Of a stretch of 64,000 nt of DNA, positions 49,144 through 62,185 are shown piece after piece. Each line of letters starts with the position of its first letter. Position 1 is the stretch's first letter. The notes below the pieces were generated by a model. The model had not been told where the DNA came from. It searched no databases and worked only from the letters and a program-made list of their open reading frames with translations. This DNA comes from Octopus bimaculoides (Eukaryota): the NCBI RefSeq assembly GCF_001194135.2, contig NC_068987.1, positions 5,382,577 through 5,446,576 of the forward strand, written 5' to 3'. A program made the position numbers and the translations under genes.

Positions 49144-49327
49144 GTGTCCTTTGTCTAAGCTATTTCGTCACGCATCTTGTGACCTCTTCAGCCACTCTTT
49201 ATTCCACGTGTCTTCTCTTTTTCTTTTTAGTTCATAGTATCTTTACAGACCAAGAGGAGACATGTAGGATAAAGAGTCGTTGAAAAGGTCACAGAATGTG
49301 TGACGAAAGAGCTTAGACAAAGGACAC
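49144..49327. repeat. Fold-back inverted repeat (about 76-bp arms, about 30-nt loop), probable MITE
   Basis: GTGTCCTTTGTCTAAGCT... / ...AGCTTAGACAAAGGACAC; about 11 mismatches, mostly transitions. Confidence 0.9.
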
Positions 49328-50419
49328 GAAATCAAGAACAGTAACAAAGCTGTAGTGAAGTCCAAGTATATATTGTGCGTGTGGTTATTTGGTACAAATA
49401 TGACCATCCTCAATTATAACAGAAATGCTCGAAATGAGGAGTAGATAGACAGCCGACAACAGATGAAGGGTCCTTTCTCTGTGTTTACTTGTCCTGTTTT
49501 CCATTTTTCTCACGTTGCTTATGTATTTCATGTTATTTGCACCCTTGGTAACGTCCTGTACCCATATATGCATGCATACATATATTATATATTATCTATT
49601 ACATATATATACACACACACAGATCTCTCTGTGTGTGTGTGTGTGTGTATGTTTGTGTGTTTGTGTGTTTGTGTGTGTGCGTGTGTGTGTCCCACTGCTT
49701 GACAATCGGTGTTGGTCTGATTACGTCTCCTCCGTAACTGAGCGGTTCGGCAACAGAGACCGATAGTATAAGTCCCAGACATTATAAAAAGAAAATATGC
49801 ACTGGAGCCATATTCTTCAACTAGTCTTTCCTCTTTTTCTTCAGGCATGCAAGGTGTGAATTGAGGGACACTTGACTGCTGTTTCTAGCAGTACAAAAGA
49901 GCAGAAAGGAAAAGCAAATGAAAAACAAAACAAAAACAAACACCCCTTCCCCCACCCAAAAAAAAGAAAAACGTGGAAAGGTTCTCTCTTTGGCACGTTT
50001 GTAGGATGGTGATGTGCCATATCAGTTTCGAAACAACTGATTCGAGAATGAACGAAAAATATATCGAACAAATTCCATGTGCGATATTATCGATTGGTTT
50101 TTAACCAAATTTCGCTTCGTTAACAAACCAAATTGAGGTTAATCAAATTTTGAGCAATTAAATGTATTCAATTATCAACCTTCATCTGCTCTTGTTGACG
50201 ATAGCTAATTACAACCAGCGCAGCAGAATGTCTAAATAATGGACGTCGCAGTTCGTTACAAATCAGAGATTTTGGCTCACAGTGACACCAAATCCGTAAA
50301 ACCATTTATTTTCCTTTAATGAAATAATTAAAGAGACGTCTCTATACGATTATTTCGGTCCGATATTATTCGTCTGTCAAATTTGAAGAATTTTCATTGA
50401 AATTATAAACATGCCGGGC

Positions 50420-50715
50420 GCTGGTGTGGCTGTGTGGTAAGAAGTTTGTTTCCCAACCGCATGGTTCCGGTTTTTGTTCCTCTTCTAAGCAGAAGATACT
50501 TAGGCAAGTATCTTCTGCTATAGCCTCGACAGGACCAAAGTCTTGAGAGTAGATTTGGTAGACAGAAACTGAAAGAAGCTCATCGTACACAGACACACAC
50601 ACACACATTTATGTGTGGGTGTCATTTTGTCTGTATTTGTCTCCCACCACCGCTTGACAACCGGCGTTGGTGTGTTTACATCTCCATAATTGTGTCCACG
50701 CAACAAAATAGAAAA
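50420..50715 (+). mobile_element. SINE family 1
   Basis: Head GTGGCTGTGTGGTAAGAAG through the core. Confidence 0.85.
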
Positions 50716-50854
50716 CTGAGGATCCCCAATAGTATTTTAAGGGACCATGAAAAATTCTGCTTTAGATGTATCTATTGCGAGAAACTTCTAGATTTCTTTC
50801 CCTAACAGTTTATATTAACAAGTTAATGTGTGAAAAACAAAACAGGAGAGTTCA

Positions 50855-51125
50855 GATTCCGCCGAGGTCGACTTTGCCTTTCATCGTTTTGGGGTCGATA
50901 AATTAAGCACCAGTTGCGTACTGGGGTCGATCTAATCGACTGGCCCCACCTCCACCAAAATTTCGAGCCTTGTGCCTAGAGTAGAAAAGAAAAACAAAAC
51001 AGGAATTCTGAAAGAAGTTTCTATAAAACTAGTTTTTACACATCAAATGTTTATGGGGGTCCACCAGAATAAAATAGTAGTGAATGGGGTCCATAGATTA
51101 TAATAATGGTTGAGAACCACTGCTT
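50855..51125 (+). mobile_element. SINE family 2 followed by the 3' end of a hAT MITE
   Basis: SINE at 50855-50990; TTGAGAACCACTG TIR at about 51110. Confidence 0.7.
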
Positions 51126-51189
51126 TAAAGCAATAACCTCGTCAAAGAGAGGAATGGTTAAAATCATCGGATTTTATTTTATTCTTTTA

Positions 51190-51820
51190 CTGGTTTCACT
51201 CATTTGGTTGCAGCCATGCTGGAGTAACGCCTTTAGTCGAACGAATCGACTCCAAGACTTATTCTTTGTAAGTCTAGTACTTATTCTATCGGTCTCTTTT
51301 ACCTAACCGCTAAGTTACGAGGACGTAAACACACCAACATCGGTTGTCAAGCGATGGTGGGGCGGGTGACAAACACAGGCACACAAACACACATATATAT
51401 ACGATGGGTTTCTTTCAGTATCCGTCTACCCAATCCACATTCACACATACACACGCACGCGCACCTCGTTTTGGGATCACCACTACTTTATTATCTCCCC
51501 TTCTTCCTAGCTCTCCTATGTAACCCCTCTGTTCGGCATTCGCCATGATAGATCGCTAGCTACTAAACCTTTTTCTATTTTCTCTCCCTGTTTATTTCTG
51601 TTGAAGAGCGTAGGCTCGAAACGTAAAAGACTTTCTCACTTCCCGAGCGTTAAACTAATACATCCATTTGTTGTTTACACATCCGTCTTCGTCTTTTGCT
51701 TTTTTGTAAATTCTCACTATAGTAGAAGACACTTGCCCAAGATACCACGCAGTGGGACTGAAGCCGGAACCATGTGGTTGGGAAGCAAACTTCTTGCCAC
51801 ATAGCCACTCCTGCACCTCG
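51190..51820 (-). mobile_element. SINE family 1 split by an inserted repeat (51530-51715)
   Basis: Tail/core at 51190-51440, head half at 51716-51815; the insert TTGAAGAGCGTAGGCTCGAAACG... also occurs at 26997-27095. Confidence 0.75.
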
Positions 51821-54324
51821 AAACTTTGATTACAGATTGCGCTTAGCAGTCTCTTATTTCTACCCAGTTGTCTAATTCATTGTACACCTCCAAGAGCATT
51901 AGCAGTACAAGCGAAATACAAACTATGACTTCAAATTAACAGATTGCGGATTTATATTGCTTACCGCATATTCTGTAACGAGCCATAATGTGGTCTGAAG
52001 TTATATTACCCCACTGTGAATTTAAATTAGATTTGATACCTGTTTATTAAATATAGAACAAATAATTATAATTACAATGTAATTACGCTTATACAATGTA
52101 ATTACAATTATAATTACGCACATGATTATAACTCGCGTGCGTGTGTGTACTCCATTCAATTTGATTCAGTTTTCTATCGATATTTCTTTTGCATTAATGA
52201 TGAGGCTTAGGTGAAACCTATCAGATACGAAGTATTAAATGTTACCCTTTTTTAGCATATAGGGAGCATATTTTTGTTCCCTAAAAATCTTTCTAAAAAG
52301 TCTTCTCGAGTCCTGCATGCAAAGTTGAGCCTCCATAAACTAATTTTGCCCCTAACGCTCAAGACTGAAAGCTAATAAATCAAAAACATGTAAGGACAAA
52401 CACAGGACGAAGAGTACAAAGGGTTTTGCGAAAAAGAAAGGTCCGTGTAAATATTAAAATAACAGCGAAAAATATAACAGTAATAATAATAATACTAATA
52501 ATAATAAATACCCTGATGCAGTACCAGGCAGTGGCTCTCATGGTTTCTGATCTTAATTGATTGGAAGTGTTATCATGTACATTGTTTTGTCTTGGTATAA
52601 AAAGTTGGGCTACAGAAAATATTCTGCTTACTACCACAGATTTGCTTCTCAGTTGTTTGACCTTAACCAGTTGAGCATGCCCCTTAGTGGCTGACGATAT
52701 GTGCATTTCTGATCATATAACTGTCTAAGGGATAAAAATATCCGTTTATCTACCAGTATGATTACCTATGTTAACCCTGGGCATATATATGCAAGCATAT
52801 TATGTTCATAGGTCACAGGTAATGACAAAGATAAACGTGAGTTTATCAGGAATCAAATTCAAAGTAAACAGAAAATGGAGAAATATTGATCAACAACAAT
52901 TGGCTTATATCAGTTATTACTTTTTAATGTGTGTGTGTGTGTGTGTGTGTGTGTGTNNNNNNNNNNNNNNNNNNNNNNNNNNNNNNNNNNNNNNNNNNNN
53001 NNNNNNNNNNNNNNNNNNNNNNNNNNNNNNNNNNNNNNNNNNNNNNNNNNNNNNNNNNNNNNNNNNNNNNNNNNNNNNNNNNNNNNNNNNNNNNNNNNNN
53101 NNNNNNNNNNNNNNNNNNNNNNNNNNNNNNNNNNNNNNNNNNNNNNNNNNNNNNNNNNNNNNNNNNNNNNNNNNNNNNNNNNNNNNNNNNNNNNNNNNNN
53201 NNNNNNNNNNNNNNNNNNNNNNNNNNNNNNNNNNNNNNNNNNNNNNNNNNNNNNNNNNNNNNNNNNNNNNNNNNNNNNNNNNNNNNNNNNNNNNNNNNNN
53301 NNNNNNNNNNNNNNNNNNNNNNNNNNNNNNNNNNNNNNNNNNNNNNNNNNNNNNNNNNNNNNNNNNNNNNNNNNNNNNNNNNNNNNNNNNNNNNNNNNNN
53401 NNNNNNNNNNNNNNNNNNNNNNNNNNNNNNNNNNNNNNNNNNNNNNNNNNNNNNNNNNNNNNNNNNNNNNNNNNNNNNNNNNNNNNNNNNNNNNNNNNNN
53501 NNNNNNNNNNNNNNNNNNNNNNNNNNNNNNNNNNNNNNNNNNNNNNNNNNNNNNNNNNNNNNNNNNNNNNNNNNNNNNNNNNNNNNNNNNNNNNNNNNNN
53601 NNNNNNNNNNNNNNNNNNNNNNNNNNNNNNNNNNNNNNNNNNNNNNNNNNNNNNNNNNNNNNNNNNNNNNNNNNNNNNNNNNNNNNNNNNNNNNNNNNNN
53701 NNNNNNNNNNNNNNNNNNNNNNNNNNNNNNNNNNNNNNNNNNNNNNNNNNNNNNNNNNNNNNNNNNNNNNNNNNNNNNNNNNNNNNNNNNNNNNNNNNNN
53801 NNNNNNNNNNNNNNNNNNNNNNNNNNNNNNNNNNNNNNNNNNNNNNNNNNNNNNNNNNNNNNNNNNNNNNNNNNNNNNNNNNNNNNNNNNNNNGACACAT
53901 ACGCTACACCATACAAATAGTTTGCTGCAGTAGATAATTGTATTTGTTTTTTGCGGCTAACGTAAGACACATTTTCAACGGCAGCTATTTTTTTTTATCA
54001 TATAATGTATATTTCTGCTTATATAAAAAAACTGGAACTGCTAGTAAACAATTAATATTTAATCTACGTATGAAATGAAATAGATAAAATTAATGTTTAA
54101 TTCGTATAAGAAATAGAAGTATTTAATCTTCTGATGATATAGAAAAACAAAAGTAAAACAGAAGCGCATTAACACCCGTGTCTGAGTGATAACAAATAGT
54201 CTTTCTATATACAGAATTTGAGACTAGTTTCGTATTATCAGCTGTGGATTTTCCCTCCAGTTCCACCACCAATTGTCCTGAAAGTGTTATGAACGTCATG
54301 TAGCTTAAATTTCTTATCTTTTAG

Positions 54325-54490
54325 GCGCAGGCGTGGCTGTGTGGTAAGAAGTTTGCTTCTCAATCACATGGTTTCGTGTTCAGTACCACTGCGTGGCACC
54401 TTAGGCAAGTACTTTCTTCTATAGCCCCGGGCCAACTAAAACTTTGTGAATCGATTTGGTAGACGGAAACTGAAAGAAGCCTGTCTTATA
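54325..54490 (+). mobile_element. SINE family 1, 5' half
   Basis: AGGCGCAGGCGTGGCTGTGTGGTAAG...GGAAACTGAAAGAAGCC. Confidence 0.85.
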
Positions 54491-55743
54491 TATATCGAAA
54501 AACACAATATGTGCGTGTCTGTGTGTCTCTTTGTGTCCAATGGCTGAAGTAGCAAGAAGATAAAAGATTAATTTCAGTATCTGGGTGGTTAAAAAATAAT
54601 CTTCTTATTTCTTTACTGCCCACAAGGGACTACAACCACAAACGCCCTTAAAAATGTTATGAACTTCACAGTTTCAATTTCTTATAATATCTTAAACCTT
54701 GTAGTTTTATAAGAAACCGATGACCGACAGATATGGTGTGCACAATACATATATTCTCGATTATCACAAGTGTTTGGTTGAAAAAGAAAAGACGTTTCTT
54801 CACCAATACCGTGTTAAATGAAACAAGGATAAAAGAATAATCGAATATGTAGGAAAAATAGGTTTTCATTCTGAGACCCCAAGTTGTCCTGAGCATTGTG
54901 AATGTTTATTGGGGAGCATTTTTGCGGTCCAGGCAGAGTCTCTGACTGATCGTCGACCCGTGTTATCAAAATCAAATAACATGGTTCACAATTGAGTATA
55001 CCGTGTTATTCCGGATCAGATGAAGGAATCAGTGATAAACGAGGATAGTTGTAATAAAGTAGGTGACCATCACGTGACTCGAAAGTCCGATGCGTTAATA
55101 TCTTCCGATTTTTTTCACATTCTTTAAAATACTATCGGGAAAAAAGTATGAACGGCTTGCAATTTCATTTTCTCCTACCGTACAAATCTGGGACCGTGTG
55201 CCTTACGTACAAAACCATAAATCCTAACAAAGATTTGGTGATTCTCTCAATTTTATGGAATCAAAAATTACTGTAACGAAGGAAGAGCAGTGGTGGTGGG
55301 TCACACACAAGCACAAAGACCCCCAGGTAGCGCCCAATGGGAAAAACCAATAAAAGGCGGTGTGGTCATGTTTAGAAAGCCTTTGATCATAGTTCTGCCT
55401 AAACAACAAAAACAGCAACAACAATAACAACGGCCAAACGTTATTCTCATGAAAATTTATTTACTCGTCTGAAACAATATGTTAAAATTGTGCGGTATTT
55501 CACAGTGAAGACAGTACGGGGTTCGATTTTACGCTATTGAAATACAGCACATGTTACATGATAGCATCTAAAAAATACGATACAATGGATTATTTAATAT
55601 ACTATGGATATAATTTAAACAGTAATACGATGAGCAATTACATGTATGATATGCAATGGGGATATGATAAACAAAGGGATGATATTAATGCATTTTCAAT
55701 GTGATATAATTGAATAAGGGCTTGAAAAACATTATACAATATA

Positions 55744-55793
<50 letters not shown>

Positions 55794-56290
55794 NNNNNNN
55801 NNNNNNNNNNNNNNNNNNNNNNNNNNNNNNNNNNNNNNNNNNNNNNNNNNNNNNNNNNNNNNNNNNNNNNNNNNNNNNNNNNNNNNNNNNNNNNNNNNNN
55901 NNNNNNNNNNNNNNNNNNNNNNNNNNNNNNNNNNNNNNNNNNNNNNNNNNNNNNNNNNNNNNNNNNNNNNNNNNNNNNNNNNNNNNNNNNNNNNNNNNNN
56001 NNNNNNNNNNNNNNNNNNNNNNNNNNNNNNNNNNNNNNNNNNNNNNNNNNNNNNNNNNNNNNNNNNNNNNNNNNNNNNNNNNNNNNNNNNNNNNNNNNNN
56101 NNNNNNNNNNNNNNNNNNNNNNNNNNNNNNNNNNNNNNNNNNNNNNNNNNNNNNNNNNNNNNNNNNNNNNNNNNNNNNNNNNNNNNNNNNNNNNNNNNNN
56201 NNNNNNNNNNNNNNNNNNNNNNNNNNNNNNNNNNNNNNNNNNNNNNNNNNNNNNNNNNNNNNNNNNNNNNNNNNNNNNNNNNNNNNNNNN

Positions 56291-56321
<31 letters not shown>

Positions 56322-56344
56322 GTAGAATGAAATAACTTCCTTAC

Positions 56345-56854
56345 CTGTAATTTTCAGAGTGACAAGTATTTCTGGCGTCAAAGGTACAGCAACGAACATT
56401 TTCCCCCATGTAGTGACCGGTGGCAACATTTCCGAAGTGGATATCGGAGGTTCAAAACACACAGTACCATTTCGTGGGTCATATGCTGATATACCAGCAA
56501 CTAGAACTCCGACTGGTCGGCTGGCGCTTATTTTCACACCGTCCATCAAATTGCCATCGTCCAAGGCCAGAACCTCGTTTGGTTTAATGGTGTAATTGAA
56601 CTCCGTGTCCCCAAGTCCGCAGATAAGTAGGTCACACAGAGAACTGTTGCTGTTGACGGTCAGCGTGACATTGGTCAAAGTTTTTGGAATACCTTGAGGT
56701 AAGATGTAAACCGTTGAAGACATGTTTATAGACGTACTGGGGGTCATGATGACGTAATCAGTTCCGAAAGTGTCTGTAGGATACAACTGGCTCCTGTCCC
56801 CTTTCTGCCGGCCGTACATAACACACACATCTCCTGTGGCTATTAGCAACAAAG
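56345..56854 (-). CDS. Internal exon of the IgGFc-binding-like membrane protein (end of signal peptide plus domain N-half)
   Basis: ttttgcag| and |gtaagg; 510 nt, phase 1-1; LYPTDTFGTDYVI, GVKISASRPVGVLVAG and EMLPPVTTWGKMFVAVP fit the FCGBP-N pattern; joins in frame to 47796. Confidence 0.85.
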
Positions 56855-56997
56855 CTGCAAAATAATAAAAATGTGATAATAATAATAAAGATGATGATGA
56901 TGATGGTGGTGGTGGTGATAACAGCAGTAACAACAACAACAACAACGACAACAACAATTCCATCCGGCGTGCTAACGATCCTGCCAGCTCACTGCTT

Positions 56998-57043
<46 letters not shown>

Positions 57044-57160
57044 GGTTTCAAATTTTGTCACGAGGGCAGCAATTTTGGGGGAGCGGGTGAGTCGATTACA
57101 TCGACCCCAGTGTTCGACTGGTAGTCATTTTATCGACCCCCTCCTCCGAAAGGAGCTTCC

Positions 57161-57650
57161 GACTCAGAGATGCAGTTACTCGGACTCGAACGTGACGCCG
57201 GTCTGTCTCAGAGTTACGAGCTTGGACTCAGAGACGCAGTTACTCGGACTCGAACGTGACGCCGGTCTGTCTCAGGGTTACGAGCTTGGACTCAGAGACG
57301 CAGTTACTCGGACTCGAACGTGACGCCGGTCTGTCTCAGGGTTACAAGCTTCCGACTNNNNNNNNNNNNNNNNNNNNNNNNNNNNNNNNNNNNNNNNNNN
57401 NNNNNNNNNNNNNNNNNNNNNNNNNNNNNNNNNNNNNNNNNNNNNNNNNNNNNNNNNNNNNNNNNNNNNNNNNNNNNNNNNNNNNNNNNNNNNNNNNNNN
57501 NNNNNNNNNNNNNNNNNNNNNNNNNNNNNNNNNNNNNNNNNNNNNNNNNNNNNNNNNNNNNNNNNNNNNNNNNNNNNNNNNNNNNNNNNNNNNNAGAGAC
57601 GCAGTTACTCGGTCTCGAACGTGACGCCGGTCTGTCTCAGCGTTACTCAT
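57161..57650. repeat. 64-bp CpG-rich tandem repeat (3 full units, gap, partial unit)
   Basis: Units start at 57161, 57225 and 57289: GACTCAGAGACGCAGTTACTCGGACTCGAACGTGACGCCGGTCTGTCTCAGGGTTACGAGCTTG. Confidence 0.95.
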
Positions 57651-58379
57651 GTTACAGTTGAGTGACCGGGGGTAACTTGAAATGAAGTCTATTTGCTGCT
57701 CAAGAACACAACACACCACCCGGTCGGGGAATCGAATCAACGAGCTGGCGACTGTGAATGCAACACGTTAACCACTAGGCCACGCACGTTCACGAAAATT
57801 ATGCATGGACTTGTAAAAGAGAGAAAAGGAGCGAGAGAAAATGAGACGTGCCATATTTAATATGCGGTTTATATAACACTAGAGTGCTCGAGCCGTCAAT
57901 AATAACAGCGTGTGTTTTACTAAACTTTCTGGTAATTATATCATTTGGGCTTGCATGTATGAATGTTCGATTTTTCCAATTGGCGCTATTGTTGAAGAAT
58001 GTATATGATGAAAGTTGTTCATGAGAGTAAGAAGATGTAAATAAAAATGTCAAAATAACAGGAAAATAAGAACATTATAGTTATCGCTTCTCAAATACTA
58101 TCTATGTTCGATTACTTTTAATATGTACAATAAGTTGTAGTTAATCATTCATACAAACATAAAAAAAAGCATTAGTTGAACATTATGAGACAAAGAAGGG
58201 AACAGAACGGACATTCGATTGCAATAAACGGGGGAAAAAAAATGAATAAACCGAACGGTACAAGCCTGTGTCGAACAATTAGAGCTCATATCGAATAATC
58301 TAGAAAGTAAAGCCCATAAAGTGGGGCACATTCAAAAGCTTCAACGGATTAAGTGTTACTCACAAGAAGTAAAAATTAC

Positions 58380-58535
58380 ATAGGCGTGTGGTAACAAGCT
58401 TGCTTCCCAAACACATGGTTCCGGGGTTCAGTTCCACTGCGTGGAACCTTGGGCAAGTGTCTTCTACTATAGCCTCGGGCCGACCAAAGCCTTGTGAGTG
58501 GATTTGGTAGACGGAAACTGAAAGAAGCCCGTCGA

Positions 58536-58560
<25 letters not shown>
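58380..58560 (+). mobile_element. SINE family 1, 5' half, young copy
   Basis: Very close to the other intact copies; runs into (TA)n and a gap. Confidence 0.9.
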
Positions 58561-58569
<9 letters not shown>

Positions 58570-58886
58570 NNNNNNNNNNNNNNNNNNNNNNNNNNNNNNN
58601 NNNNNNNNNNNNNNNNNNNNNNNNNNNNNNNNNNNNNNNNNNNNNNNNNNNNNNNNNNNNNNNNNNNNNNNNNNNNNNNNNNNNNNNNNNNNNNNNNNNN
58701 NNNNNNNNNNNNNNNNNNNNNNNNNNNNNNNNNNNNNNNNNNNNNNNNNNNNNNNNNNNNNNNNNNNNNNNNNNNNNNNNNNNNNNNNNNNNNNNNNNNN
58801 NNNNNNNNNNNNNNNNNNNNNNNNNNNNNNNNNNNNNNNNNNNNNNNNNNNNNNNNNNNNNNNNNNNNNNNNNNNNNNNNNNNNNN

Positions 58887-59180
58887 CTAGTTGCGTACTG
58901 GGGTCTATCGAATTGACTGTCCCCTCCACCCAAATTTCGGGCCTTGTCCCTAGAGTAGAAAAGAATCGTTAGCACGCCGGGCGAAATGTTTAGCGGTAAT
59001 TTCGTCTGTCTTTATGTTCGAGTTCAAATTCCGCCGAGGTCGACTTTACCTTTCATCATTTCGAGGTCGATAAATTAAGTAACAGTTGCGTACTGGGGTC
59101 TATCTAATTGACTGACTTCCCCCACAACCCGCTGCAAAAAAAAAAAAAAAATCGGGCCTTGTGCCTAAAGTAGAAAAGAA
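58887..59180 (+). mobile_element. SINE family 2, tandem copies
   Basis: Tail of one copy abuts the GTTAGCACGCCGGGCG head of the next. Confidence 0.85.
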
Positions 59181-59704
59181 TTAGACGCAATCAATAATGC
59201 ATAAGAACCATCTCATATCGAAGCAAGGAATTGTGGGATTTTGAGTAAAATCTAGGGTTAAGAAACTCCGAATGATCTGGTGCAACATGAAATGTTTTGC
59301 TCAAGAACACAATTAAATCGCCCGTTCTGAGAATCGAAATCTCAACCATGCGATTGTGAATGCAACACCATAACCACTAGAACACTCTTCTTTTCTATAA
59401 TTCATTCGATAAGTTCCACAAATTGGTTATTGTTATCTGTACATTATAAGGCAAGTATGCAGCACAATAATACAATAACGGTGGGAACAGCAAAATTCAA
59501 TATGAATAAGCGTGCACACAATATATTGATGCTTATAGATAGAAAAACCTAAGCCATTTAGACATTCAAATGTATTTATGAATATATTTTCTTTTTTTTT
59601 TATTATTTATCGGCAGATAATAAAAAAAATAAAAATGATGCAAGGGCCGAGAATTTAGTGCATTGTACTTATCGAAACAACAGTTGGTTAATAATATGTA
59701 TGTA

Positions 59705-59767
59705 TCTCTCTCTCTCTCTCTCTCTCTCACTCTCTCTCTCTATCTGTCTGTCTGTCTTCTGTTTATC

Positions 59768-59851
<84 letters not shown>

Positions 59852-59995
59852 TCTATCTATCTGTTTACCTATATATTTACTTCTCTCTCTCTAGTTAACT
59901 CTCTCTCCCTACTTACCCCTCTCTCTCTCTCGCCCTCTATCTATTTATCTATTTACTCCCTCTCTCTCTCTATCTATCTATCTATCCTATCTCTC
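59705..59995. repeat. (CT)n/(CTAT)n microsatellite
   Basis: Direct reading. Confidence 0.9.
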
Positions 59996-61204
59996 TACTC
60001 GTGTCTTGAGTTCTATTTTCCTGTTTGTATCACCAAATCTATTTATGAATATTGATAAAAGACATTTCTCCATTTGTCAACGCAAATTATCTCTAAAGAA
60101 ATTTAGAATGTTAGTATGAAGCTGGCATTCACTAAACAACCTTAGTTTACACACGAATCCTTAAGAGGAGCTTACGATAGCCACACGATTCTCTGGATTC
60201 TCACAACTCATTTGCATTCTGCTCAACTCACTAACCCCGAGAGCGCTTAAGTGGCTTACACACAATGATAGAAAAACTACATATAGATGTGTCGCGGAGA
60301 GATATTCCTATTCTTCGAAAGGAAAAAAATACAAAGTGTCTTATCAGAATAAAATGAACTCTTTTGTATGACGAATGTGCCGAAAGGCCTACCGTTTCGA
60401 TCGGATGACTAAAGCCACTGATCCCAGTTGATTAAAATAATTACTTTTTACTGACCAAATCAAAGTAATTTTGTTCAATTCCGGCAAGGTCATTGATCCC
60501 TACTGACTAGAATGCTTATCTTTTACTAACCAAATCAGTACAATTTTGTCCCGTTCCGGCATTCCATGCATTGCATATAATAAGAGTGAATTTTGCGTGT
60601 ATATTTAGAGTTGAATGGTTAATGTAAGCATGATAATCTGGTAATCTGCCGAGTTAGCTTTCTTTATTTGCTTTAATTTGTGAATTTACAATTATATATA
60701 ATGCCGAGCATACATATTAGTGAATATTAATACAAACATGTTCGCTTAATATTTTGCATTCTGAAATTAATACTACATGAAGAAGGTTGCGAAACTGCTG
60801 TAATCCCATGGAAGTCACGTGGTTAAATAAGTATATTTTCCTCTGCCATGTCTCCTGAATGTATATTTCTATATGCTCCTCATAGAATAATTTTATGGAT
60901 TTTCGATTACATGGATACTCTACGAGTACATTACACTTCTCTGTAATCGATTCTCTGTAATTGAGTGAACTGATAGCCGAGTCTGTCAGAGGAGCTAACT
61001 CTGATAGCCGGACGATTCTCTGAATTCCTATGTTAAGCTGCTCGTTTGCATATATATATNNNNNNNNNNNNNNNNNNNNNNNNNNNNNNNNNNNNNNNNN
61101 NNNNNNNNNNNNNNNNNNNNNNNNNNNNNNNNNNNNNNNNNNNNNNNNNNNNNNNNNNNNNNNNNNNNNNNNNNNNNNNNNNNNNNNNNNNNNNNNNNNN
61201 NTAT

Positions 61205-61515
61205 ATATACGTGGTTTAGTGGTTAGGGCATTCCGCTGACGATCGTAAGGTTGTGAGTTCAATTCCCGGCGATGTGTTGTGTCCTTGAGCAAGAAACTTT
61301 ATTTCACGTTGCTCTAGTCCACTCAGCTGGCAAAAATGAGTAGGACCTGTATTTCAAAGGGGCCAGCCTTGTCACACTCTGTGTCACGCTGAATCTCCCT
61401 CAAGAACCACGTTAAGGGTACACGTGTCTGTGGAGTGCTCAGTCACTTGCACGTTAATTCCACTAGCAAGCTGTTCCATTGATCGTATCAGCTGGGACCA
61501 CCGTCGTCGTAACCT
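61205..61515 (+). mobile_element. SINE family 3
   Basis: A box GTGGTTTAGTGG, B box GAGTTCAATTCC, central TGTGTCCTTGAGCAAG...CAGCTGG. Confidence 0.85.
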
Positions 61516-62004
61516 ACGGAGTGCCCCGATATATACATACATATACATACATACATACATATATATATACATACATACATATATAAAAATACACATATGT
61601 GTATGTATGTATGAAATAAACCAATAAAACGAAACAGGTGGAAATGAACGGAGGTGTATTATGAGCGAATCACTTTCTTCCCTTTTTTTAAAATAGAAAA
61701 TGTAATACTTTACAAACTGTTTTTTGCTGGTTTCGACTGTTTGTTTTCAGTCTTATCAAAACCAGTAATTTTATCAAACATTCAGTTCGCCACATAATGT
61801 AATTTTTTTCGAATAATAATATTTTTATTTAATTCATTTCGTCACATTTTGACTGATTGACTGGTACACTCCCCAGATACATATGTATATATACACACAC
61901 GCACATGCACACACACACACATACACAAACACACATACACACACACACACACATGAACACACACATAAACGTACACACACGCACACACACATATACTCTT
62001 TACT

Positions 62005-62185
62005 CTTTTACTCTTTTACTTGTTTCAGTCATTTGACTGCGGCCATGCAGGAGCACCGCCTTTAGTTGAGCAAATCGACCCCAGGACTTATTCTTTGTAA
62101 GCCTAGTACTTATTCTATCGGACTCTTATGCCGAACCGCTAAGTCACGGGGACGTAAACACACCAACATCGGTTGTCAAGCGATA
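62005..62185 (-). mobile_element. SINE family 1, 3' half
   Basis: TTTTACTTGTTTCAGTCATTTGACTGCGGCC...GGTTGTCAAGCG. Confidence 0.9.

Noticed and set aside
60717-61040. Minus-strand ORF with IYIQETW, like a LINE endonuclease motif
   Set aside because: A single weak motif; other APE motifs are absent, so no call can be supported.
61205-61275. tRNA gene (A/B boxes here and in other SINE heads)
   Set aside because: No full cloverleaf; continues into multi-copy SINE bodies.
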